Assembly (NCBI GenBank): GCA_963728915.1
Contig: CAVSLV010000002.1
Location: 64,001-128,000, forward strand
Direction of reading: 5' to 3'
DNA: 64,000 nucleotides
Source: an uncultured Gemmatimonadales bacterium
GTDB lineage: Bacteria > Gemmatimonadota > Gemmatimonadetes > Gemmatimonadales > GWC2-71-9
The notes beneath the pieces were generated by a model. The model was not told where the DNA came from. It did not search any database and saw only the letters and a program-made list of their open reading frames with translations. The position numbers were made by a program, and so were the translations under genes. Positions within the stretch are counted from its first letter, which is position 1, and each line of letters begins with the position of its first letter. Shown here one piece after another: positions 51,642 through 61,175 of the stretch.

Positions 51642-52708
51642 TTGAGACTCTTCCCGGCAGAGTCGTGCTGCACCTGCACCAGGTCGCCGTCGGCGAGCCG
51701 GTGCTGGCCGGCGATCACCACGACCTCGCCGGGCTTGAGCCCCTCGACGACCTCGACCTCGCGGTCGAGCATCCGGCCGATCTGCACCGTGCGAGCGCGA
51801 ACCCGGGTATCGCCTTCACCGATCACGAAGACCTGGGTGGTGCCGTCGGCCCGATGAATCAGGGCTTCGCCCGGCACGGTGAGCGCCTGGACCTTCTGGG
51901 TGCCGATCACCCGCACTTCGGCGATCATCCCCGGCCGGAGCAACTGCTCACCGTTGGCGATCCGCACTTTCACCACGTAGCTGCGCGACACCGGATCCGC
52001 CGCCACGCCGACCAGACTCACCCGGCCCGCGAATTCCCGTTCGCCCAGCGCCGGGACAAGGACGGTGGCCCGCTGCCCGACCCGGATCGCGCCGATGTCC
52101 GCCTCGGGAACTCCGGCGCGAACCTGCACCGTCCCGATATCCACCACCGAGAAGAGCGGGATGCCGGGAGCCACCATCTCGCCCGGATTCACCGCGCGGC
52201 GGGAGACGATCCCTCCAATCGGTGTGGTGAGCGTGGCATCGGCGAGCCGCTTCGCGGCCAGCTTGCGTTGCGCATCGGCCGCTTTCCACGCGAATTCCAT
52301 CCTCACCAGATCGGCCGGGGTGGCGCTTCCCCGCTCGGCGAGCTGCCGAAGCCGGGTCAGGTCATCGAACGCGCGGGCGGCGGTGGCGTCGGCCAGATCG
52401 AGGCCCAGCTTGAAGTCGGTGGAATCGAGCCGGGCCAGGACCCCGCCTGCCGCGATCGGATCGCCTTCCTGGGGCACGACCACCGCCGCCCGCCCGCCGA
52501 CCTGGAAGCCCAGGTCAGCCCAGCGGATCGCCTCGACCGCGCCACTCACGGTGGTGACCATGGGACGCTGCACCGACGTCACTTCCCGGACCCGTACCGC
52601 AGGCGCCGTCTCGCCAGGCGGGTCCGCACTCCCCGCGCCTCCGCAGGACAGCTGGATCCATGCGACGCCGAAGGCCACCGCCGCTCTGGCGAGGGGCAGG
52701 TACCTCAT
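51638..52708 (-). CDS. RND efflux periplasmic adaptor (MFP)
   Basis: Lipobox-like QLSCGG, LGFQVGG, LTTPIGG, LRPGMIA, EGLKPGEVVVIAG. Confidence 0.9.
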   Translation of the reverse strand: MRYLPLARAAVAFGVAWIQLSCGGAGSADPPGETAPAVRVREVTSVQRPMVTTVSGAVEAIRWADLGFQVGGRAAVVVPQEGDPIAAGGVLARLDSTDFKLGLDLADATAARAFDDLTRLRQLAERGSATPADLVRMEFAWKAADAQRKLAAKRLADATLTTPIGGIVSRRAVNPGEMVAPGIPLFSVVDIGTVQVRAGVPEADIGAIRVGQRATVLVPALGEREFAGRVSLVGVAADPVSRSYVVKVRIANGEQLLRPGMIAEVRVIGTQKVQALTVPGEALIHRADGTTQVFVIGEGDTRVRARTVQIGRMLDREVEVVEGLKPGEVVVIAGQHRLADGDLVQVQHDSAGKSLK

Positions 52709-52846
52709 GGACACCTCCCTGTTTCCCATCGTGGGACCTGTCCACCACGCGCAAAAAGGCGGTCGCATGGGTCACCCGCATTCCGGTGAGCCCCGGGAGG
52801 GTCGAATTACGCGTGGAAACAGGGGTTACGAGAAAGCGAGCACACT

Positions 52847-54560
52847 ATGAGCGACCAGGTCCCTCGCCGCGCCAGGCTGGTACTCGGCGACGGCGAGCAG
52901 GAGCGCGTCTTCGAGCTGGCCGGCACGTAGCTGCACCATCGGACGCTCGGAGCTGAGCGACATCGTGATCAACGACGACCGGGCCTCCCGTTCCCATGCC
53001 ACCATCGGCCTCTTCGGCGGCCGCTTCGCGGTGCGCGACCTCGGCTCCGCCAACGGGACCCAGCTCAACGAGCGGGTGGTCACCCAGGATTGGTTGAATG
53101 CACGGAGATCTGATCCGGATCGGGCGCACCCAGTTCCGCTTCGAGGAGATCGCTCCGACCAGCATCGGCAAGGCCACCAGAATCGCCGAGGTCGAGGACG
53201 AGGCGGACGAGCGGACGATTCGAGAGCCTGGTCCATCACAACGAGCATCCGTGCCTGGTGCTGAGCTTCGGCGACCAGACCGTCGAGTATCCCCTCCTCG
53301 GCGAATGGATCACCATCGGCCGTGACCCGGCCTGCGACATCGTCATCGACACCGACATGGTCTCCCGGAGGCACGCCCAGGTCGAACGCAGGGGCCGGGC
53401 CTTTCTGCTGCGCGACGCGGGAAGCAGCAACGGGACCGTCGTGAATCGCAGCACGGATCACCAGCACGTGCTCCAGGACGGCGATGTGATCAGATTGGGC
53501 GACGCGGTGATGGTATTCAAGGCGGCATTCTCCCCCGAACGGCTCACCGTCGCCGAGGGGGCCAGGGAACGAGACCACCGGCGGCCGGTGGTGTTCGTGC
53601 CGGGCTTCATGGGCTCCGAGCTGTACCGCGGCAGCGAGCGCATCTGGCCCAGCATGCACACCTTGCTCCGCGATCCCGGAGAAGCTCCGTTACGGACCTG
53701 AGCACCCGCTCGAGCCCCGCAAGGTGCTCGGAGAGCTGGTGGTGATACCGAAGTTCCTCACGCTGGACCAGTACAACCGGCTGGGGAATTACCTCGAAGA
53801 GGGAGTCGGATACCAGCGGGAGCGCGACCTCATGGAGTTCGCCTACGATTGGCGCCAGGACGTGCGCATCTCGGCGCGCCAGCTCGGTGCCGCAATCGAA
53901 GCGTGGCAGGCCCGGAGCGATGTTGCGAGAGGACCCGTGACCATCATCGCCCACAGTCTCGGCACTCTGGTCTCGCGCTACTTCGTGGAGGTGCTCGGCG
54001 GCTCGGCCAAGGTCGAGCGGCTGGTGCTCATCGGAGGGCCGCACTTCGGGGTGCCCCACATTGCCGGAGCGCTCGCGGCGGGGCCCCAGATTCCCATGTT
54101 CGGGGGACTGTCGCGCAAGGTGCGCGAGGCCATCCTGACGTTCCCGTCCACCTTCCAGTTCCTGCCGACCTATCCCTGCGTCCGCACCACGAGCGGGGAA
54201 AAGCGCTGCCCACTGGATGACGATGGCTGGCTTCCCGAGGCCAACCGGGCCTACCTTCGGGAAGCCCGTAATTTCCGCAATGAGCTGGGGACCCGTTTCA
54301 CGGTGCCGACCGTCTGTATCTTCGGGTACGGTATGAAAACCACCTCGGGGATCTCAGTGCAGCACGACGGGGCCGGGGCATGGACCAGCGTGGAGTGGCA
54401 GACCGACCTCGCGGGAGACGGCTCGGTTCCCAAGCTGAGCGCGGTGCTGCCGAACACGGAGATCCATCCCGTCAAGCAGGCCCATGGCGCGCTCTATACC
54501 GATCCGGACGTCCGTGCCCGGCTCCTGCTCGAGCTGACCCGGGAGCGGAACCTGGCATGA
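52847..54560 (+). CDS. FHA-FHA-lipase/acyltransferase (LCAT/PGAP1-like) fusion, frameshifted
   Basis: FHA1 IGRS..SRSHA..DLGSANGT; FHA2 IGRD..SRRHA..DAGSSNGT, in frame with PVVFVPGFMGS; then FAYDWRQD, IAHSLG, GDGSVP, HGAL. Confidence 0.8.
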
Positions 54561-55220
54561 CCGCTGGACCGCCACTTCGAGTGGTGGCGATACCCAGTGG
54601 ACGGTTCGATCAGAATTGCTACCTGGTGGCTGCGCTGGGGTCGCCCGAGGCAGCCATCGTGGATCCCGGCGAAGACGCCGAGCTCTGCCTCCGACGGGCC
54701 GAGGAAGAAGGCCTCACGATCCAGCGCCATCTGGCTCACCCACGGCCACCTCGATCATCTGCTGGGGATTCCGACGGTGCACGCCAGGACCTCCGCGCCG
54801 ATCTACCTGCATCCCGCGGACCGGCCCTTCTACGATCGGCTGGAACAACAGGCCGAGTTCCTCGGAGTGAAGCTCCCGGCACCGCTTCCCGCGGTGACCC
54901 ACGAGCTGGCCCACGATCAGCAGCTCGAGGTGGGTCCCGCCCGGATGAAGGTGCTGCACACCCCGGGGCACTCGTTCGGCAGCGTGTGTTTCCTGGGACC
55001 TGGTCTGGTTCTGGTGGGGGATGTGTTGCTCAAAGGAACGCTCGGGCGCGCCGATCTGCCGGGAGGGAGCCACAGCCGGCTCCAGCAGAGCGTCCGCGAG
55101 GAGTTGTATTCTTTGCCGGAGGAAACCCTGGTGTACTGCGGACACGGGCCAATGACCACCATCGGGGCCGAGCGGAAGAGCAATCCCACGCTGAGAATCG
55201 CGGGCCAGCCACCGGCATGA
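54557..55220 (+). CDS. MBL-fold metallo-hydrolase (glyoxalase II-like), frameshift near 54720
   Basis: QNCYLV, IVDPG, THGHLDH, HTPGHS, GD, GRADLPGG, GHGP. Confidence 0.88.
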
Positions 55221-56508
55221 TCCTGCCGTGCCGATAGGCAGCCTGATCGACAGCCAGGTCGGGCCCTACCGCCTGGTCGACTTTCTCGGCGCGGGCGGCA
55301 TGGGTGAAGTGTATCGCGGGGTGGATCCGAGCAACCGGGTCGTGGCGGTCAAGGTGGTCACCGGAACCCGCGCAACGCCAGCGTTGCTCCAGCGATTCCG
55401 CAACGAAGCCCGGATCCAGGCGTCCCTCCGCCATCCCAACATCGCGACCGTGCTCGAGATCACCGAAATCGCCGGGCAACCCTGCATCGTCATGGAATTC
55501 GTGGACGGGGAGACGCTCGAGGAGCGGATCGGACGAAGCTCCGGACTTCCCGCAGTCGAAGCGCTCCGCATCATGGCGACGGTGACCGAAGCCGTGGGTT
55601 ACCTCCACGATCACGACGTCATCCACCGGGATCTCAAGGCCTCCAACATCAAGGTCACCAGCGGTGGAGCCGCCAAGCTGCTCGACTTCGGCCTGGCCCG
55701 GGATCGGCTCACCCCGCAGCTCACCCGGACCGGCGTGGCGATCGGCACCCTCGGTTACATGGCGCCCGAGCAGCTCAAAGCCGGGAAGATCGACCGTCGC
55801 ACCGATATCTGGGCCCTCGGCGTCGTCCTCTACGAATCACTCACCGGTACGCTGCCGTTTCCGCAGGGAGCGCTCGGCGCGAGCGGGCGGGGTGCCAGCG
55901 CGTTACCCGCCGGCCTCGAAGGTGAAACCCTCCGTTCCTCCGGCGGTGGACGCGATCATCGCCCGCTGCCTCGAGGCCGATCCGGATGATCGTTTCTCCG
56001 GGACGGGGGCACTGCTCACCGAGATCGCCAAGGCGCGGAGCCAGCTCGCGGGCCCCGCACGCAATCGAGCGGGCGCCGGGCTCTCCGCAGAGTCGAGAAA
56101 GCGGCGAAGGCGCGGTGCCCGGCCCCGAATGGTGGCGAAACCGGACCGTTCAGGCGATGGGTGCCATAGCTCGGGTTCGCGGTTGCTGATCTGGGTGGCC
56201 ACCCTGCTCCGCCCTGACCCGGCCCCTCCGGTTCCTTCCGCGAGCGGCGATCCCGGTCTTGCCTGTGGGGTAGCGCCCGGCCAATGCGGCCTCGACGCGC
56301 TCGATCCGGATCGACATCATGGCAGGGGCCGCCGACGTCTACTGTGGCGATCGCCGGCTGGGCCGCACCCCGTTCGATTTTCCCGCGAAGCTCGGTTCCG
56401 ATGTGCGCTTCCTGCTGCGGGAGCCCGGCCGGGTCGACAAGCCGGTGGCCTTTACGGTGAGCTGAAGTGACCCGCACCTGGACCTTCCTCATGACCCCGA
56501 GTCCGTGA
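55217..56508 (+). CDS. Hanks-type Ser/Thr protein kinase with TM segment and PEGA-like C-terminal domain, frameshifted
   Basis: GAGGMGEVY, VAVK, IHRDLKASN, DFG, YMAPE, DIWALG; downstream LGRTP PEGA-like motif. Start at 55217 or 55228. Confidence 0.85.
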
Positions 56509-58307
56509 CGGCGGTCGGGTACCTCGACGGGCGCCGGCTCGCGCTGGCCGTCATCGCGGGGGCCCGATACGTGGAGGCCCGCTCCGAGCGGCTGAATCGG
56601 ATCAACGTGTTCCCGGTGCCGGACGGCGATACCGGGACCAACGTGTCCTCTACCCTCCAGCAGATTGCGGCAGGCATCGGCCCGGCTTCGTCAGACCCAC
56701 GTGCGCGAGGCGGCCAGAACGATCGCCGACGAAGCGCTGAGTGGAGCGCGGGGCAACTCGGGCGCAATCCTGGCGCAATTCTTCATCGGGTTTTTCGAGG
56801 CCTTCCCGGACACGCCGCGCATCACCACCCGTGAGTTCGGAAAAGGAGTGATGGGGCCGCGGAATCGGCCTGGGGCGCGATCGCCCGGCCGGTGGAAGGG
56901 ACCATCCTTTCGGTGATCCGCGACTGGGCTCGTCACATTGCCGGAGCGGGCCGAGAGCCTGGGGGACTTTGCGCCTCTGATCGACCGAGTCGCTCGGCCT
57001 GGCCCAGCGGGCCCTGGAGCGAGACCCCGCGTCAGCTGAAGGCGCTCGCCAGCGCGGGCGTGGTGGACGCCGGCGCCCAGGCCTTCGTGTATCTGATCGA
57101 GGGAATCGTGCTCGAGCTCCGGGAGGAGGGCGGGCCAAGGCTCCTCGAGGAACCCGCCGCCGGCACGACCCGGGCCATCCGCGCTACTCGGACAGTCCGT
57201 TCCTGTTCCGCTTCTGCACCGAGGCGCTGGTCCAGGGCGAAAGCGATGGATCGCGGTGGCGTTGCGGCGAGAGGCGGCGCTGCTGGGCGATTCGATCGTG
57301 GTGGCGGGCGGCGCCTCAGAAGATCCGGGTGCACGTCCACACCAACGAGCCCGAGCGGCTCTTCGAGGCGCTGCGGCGGCACGCCGAGGTGATCCAGACC
57401 AAGGTCGAGGACATGGAGGCGCAGCACCGGACCCGGTTGGATCCCGGACCGCGCCGGCCGAGTCGGGATCGTGACCGACTCGACCTGCGATCTCCCGGCG
57501 GAGGTCCTGGAGGAGCTGGGCATCGGCGTCGTGCCGGGCCGGGTGATGTTCGGCTCGGAGAATTACCTCGACAAGGTGACCATCACCCCGGCCGAGTTCT
57601 ATGCGCGGTTCGCGCGGACCGACGTGGTGCCGACCACCTCGCAGCCGCCACCCGCGGATTTCACCCAGGTCTACACCAACGTCGGGGTCCACGCGGGCTC
57701 CATCGTCTCGATTCATCTCTCGGCGGCGCTCTCGGGGATCTACCAGGCGTCCCTGGTCGGCGCGAGGGCGGTGCCCGATACGCGCTTCGTCCACATGGAC
57801 AGCCGCACCGTCTCGGTCGGGCTCGGGCTGGTGGTCCGGGCGGCGGCGCGGGCGGCAGCGGGGGCGCTCGATGGAGGCGGTCGTCCGGATGGCGCAGGAA
57901 CTGTGGACCGGGTAAGGATGTTCATCGCGCTGCCGACCCTGGATCATCTGGTTCGGGGAGGGCGGGTGTCCGCGATGCGGGCCGGATCGCCGGGCTGCTT
58001 CGCGTGCTTACCGTTGTTGACGCTGAGCGGCGAGAGGAAGGGCAGTGCGGGCCGGGCATGGCCTGCAGCTACGAGAGTGCGCGCCGGAAGATGATCAAGC
58101 TGGTGAAACTGCGAGATTGGCGCGATCCGGGTCGGCGGCGCCCCGAAGTTCGGCGTGGCCCACTGCGCCGCTCTGCCAATCGCCGAGGAGTTGGCCGACC
58201 GTCTGCGCGAGGGATATCCCGAGGCGGAGATCATGATCGCCGAGTGTGGCCCCGCCATCGGTGCCCACGTCGGTCCCGGGGCCGTCGGGATCGCGGTATT
58301 GTCGTAG
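56505..58307 (+). CDS. DAK2 (FakA-like) - DegV (FakB-like) fusion, multiple frameshifts
   Basis: LNRINVFPVPDGDTGTN, GARGNSGAIL, EGTILSV, GVVDAGA, VHVHT; DegV VTDSTCDL, PTTSQP, IHLSAALSG, LVRGGR, IGAHVGPG. Confidence 0.85.
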
Positions 58308-58331
58308 GTCTGGACGGCCGGCTCCTTCCGC

Positions 58332-58962
58332 CTACGGCTGGGTCGGATGACCGAGGCCGGGCACGTCTCTCCCGAGGAACAATTCCAGCGGCTGCTTGTT
58401 CCCGTCCATGCGGTGATCGTCCATGAGGTTGATCGCGCGGGCCTGGGTCAGCGCCTGATCCACCGGCATGTGCCGCTGATCGATCAGGTAGGCGGCCCAG
58501 AGGTGGCTGGCCCGCCAGGCGATGGTGCAGTGGAGCAGGACCTTGCCGTCCGCCGCCTGCATCGCCGCGGCAAAGTCCTTCACCGCCTGGGGAGAATAGG
58601 GCAGCTCCGCGGTTCCCCGCATGGGGAGATAGACGTACTTCATGCCGAGCTCCTTGGCCAGCGCTGCTTCGTCGAAGCGGAACCCGCTCCATCTCGGGCG
58701 GGCTGCGAAGATTGACCACCGTGGTGACACCGCGGTCCTTCATTTCGCGGAGTCCCTTCTCGGTGGGCTGTCCCCCGATGAACACGTCCTCACCCACCTG
58801 AACGAACTTGGCCAGGAAAAGCCCGGTGGTGTCGAGCGCCACTGGCGCCGGGGCAGCGACGGTGGACTTGGGCCCGGTCAGCTTCTGGGCCTCTGCCTTT
58901 GGAACGAGGAGAACACCGGGAAGAACCAGGGCGAGGAATCGTGCACCCATCGAGAACCTCAT
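58332..58962 (-). CDS. Secreted DUF442/tyrosine-phosphatase-fold protein, frameshift near 58680
   Basis: Signal peptide; IGGQPT, GVTTVVNLR, YVYLP, VLLHCTIAWRAS. Confidence 0.75.
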
Positions 58963-59000
58963 GAACCACCTCCAGAATCGAGACACCGCAGAGAAGGATA

Positions 59001-61117
59001 CTACGGAGCGGCTGAGGGTCCGGTTACGAGGACCCGGGCATCCGCCGCGATGGCCCCGCCCGCGGTCGCGATCAGCGGATTGATGTCCAGCTCCCGGATC
59101 GCCGGGAAATCCACCACCAGCTGCGAAACCCGAAGCAGAACGTCTTCCAGCGCGGTCCGGTCCACCGGGGGCTGGCCTCGCACCGCGTCGAGGATCCGGG
59201 CGCCCCGGATCCCGGCCAGCATGGCGGCAGCGTCGTGACGCATGATGGGAGCGAGCCGGAACACGACGTCCCCCAGCACCTCGACCAGGATTCCCCCTAG
59301 TCCGAACATGATGAGCGGCCCGTACAAAGGGTCGCGGGTCATCCCCACGATGAGCTCCCGGCCCTTTCCGACCTGGGGTTGCACCAGGAGTCCGCTGATG
59401 GACGCATCAGGCCGGGCCTTCTTGACCGTCGCCATGATGCGATCGAAACCGGCCCGCACCTCGTCCGCATTCCGGAGTCCCAGCGCCACTCCGCCCACGT
59501 CGCTCTTGTGAAGGATTTCCGGCGCCATGACCTTGAGCGCCACCGGAAATCCGAGGGTCGCAGCATAACCCGCAGCCTGATCCGGGCTCCCGGCCACGAT
59601 CCCGGGGGCCACCCGGATGCCGTACGCCGCGAGAAGCGCCAGGGCTTCGTCCTCCGCGAGCCGATGCCGCCCCGACGCCCGCACCGCGGTGAGCAGCCGG
59701 TCGGCGCGATCCCGGTCCACTTCGAGCGCCTCGACGGCCGGTTCCGGGCGCTCCCGCTGGTCGCTCCAATGGGAGAGCGCGGCAAGTCCCCGCGCCGCCG
59801 ATTCGGGAAAGATGTAGGCCGGAATCCCCGCCTCGTGAAGCAGGGCCCGCCCCTGCGGCAGGCCTTCGTGACCCATCAGCACCCCGAATACCGTCTTGTC
59901 GGGGTGCTGCGCCGCGACCGACGCGATCGCCACGGTCACATCTTCCTGCGAAACGCCCAGCGGCGGAACGAAGATGGCGAGCGCCGCGTCCACCCCGGGA
60001 TCCGAGAGGAGCCCATCCAGCGCGGCGCGATAGCCCTGCGGATTGGCCGAGGCGATCATGTCCAGCGGGTTACGAATCGACGCTTCGGTGGGAAACAGGG
60101 CCTGCAGCGTCTGCACCGTCCCGGGGGCGAGCTCCGGCAGCGTGAGGCCGCTCGCTTCACAGGCATCGGCCGCCAGAATGCCCGGCCCGCCCGCGTTGGT
60201 CAGCACCACCGTCGCGCGGGAGCGGGGGGGCTTGGCCGAAAAGGCGATGGCGAGGTCGAACAGCTCCTCGATACTGGCGGCGCGCAGCACGCCCGCCTGG
60301 GCCAGCAGCGCATCCACCGCGGCATCGCTCGCGCCCAGCGCGCCGGTGTGGGATTGCGCCGCCCGGGCGCCCGCCTTGGAGCGGCCCGATTTCACCACGA
60401 TGATCGGCTTGGTCCGGGTGATCCGGCTCGCGATCTCCAGAAACCTGGCGGGATTGCCGAAGCTCTCGACGTACATCAGCACCACCTGGACGTCCGGATC
60501 GTTCTCCCACTCGAGCAGGAGATCGTTGCCGCTCACGTCGGGCTTGTTTCCCACCGACACGAATTGCGAAATCCCGATGCCGTATTCCTTGGCGTAGTCC
60601 AGCACCGAGAGTCCCAGCGCGCCGGACTGGGACACGAACCCGGTCTTCCCATAGGGCGGCAGCGAGTGCGCGAAGGTCCCGTTCATGGCCACGGCGGGAT
60701 TCGAATTGAGGACACCCATGCAATTGGGGCCGACCATCCGGATCCCGCTCGAGCGGACCAGCTCGGTAAGAAGTCGCTCCCGCTCGACCCCTTCCCCGCC
60801 GACTTCCCGGAATCCCGCCGAGATCACCACCAGCCCGCCGACGCCCTTCCGAATACACCCCTCCGTAACGGCGGGACGTGCTCCTTGGGAACCACGACGA
60901 TGGCCTGATCCACCGGACCCGGGATCGCCTCCACCTCGGGCCAGGCGGGGATCGAATAGATCGATTCCGCGAAGGGATTGACCGGATACACCGAACCGGT
61001 GAAGCCGCCCTGCACCAGATTGCGAACGATCTCGTGGCCGATGGTGCCGGTGGTACGCGAAGCGCCGATCACCGCGATGGACCGGGGGGACAGGATCGGC
61101 TGGAGTGACTGGGCCAT
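59001..61117 (-). CDS. Acetate--CoA ligase (ADP-forming) family, fused alpha+beta, frameshift near 60870
   Basis: SIAVIGAS, YPVNP, GPNCMG, SQSGALG, SHTGALG, TNAGGPG, HKSDVGGV, ELDINPL. Confidence 0.9.
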
Positions 61118-61175
61118 GCGGGAAGATAGTTTTTCGGCTAGTTTCTCTCTCTCTCTCTGTTTTCAAGGACGTCCT

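Noticed and set aside
52730..52830. c-di-GMP-I riboswitch suggested by GTGGGAC, GCAAA and GGGGTTAC fragments
   Set aside because: Order and spacing do not fit the consensus: no GGCAAAC/GAAA tetraloop stem and no CUAA receptor.
58332..58962. Cognate phosphatase for the Ser/Thr kinase
   Set aside because: It has a signal peptide and a DUF442-type CX4R motif, and it is on the opposite strand. Cognate partners are usually cytoplasmic PP2C enzymes.
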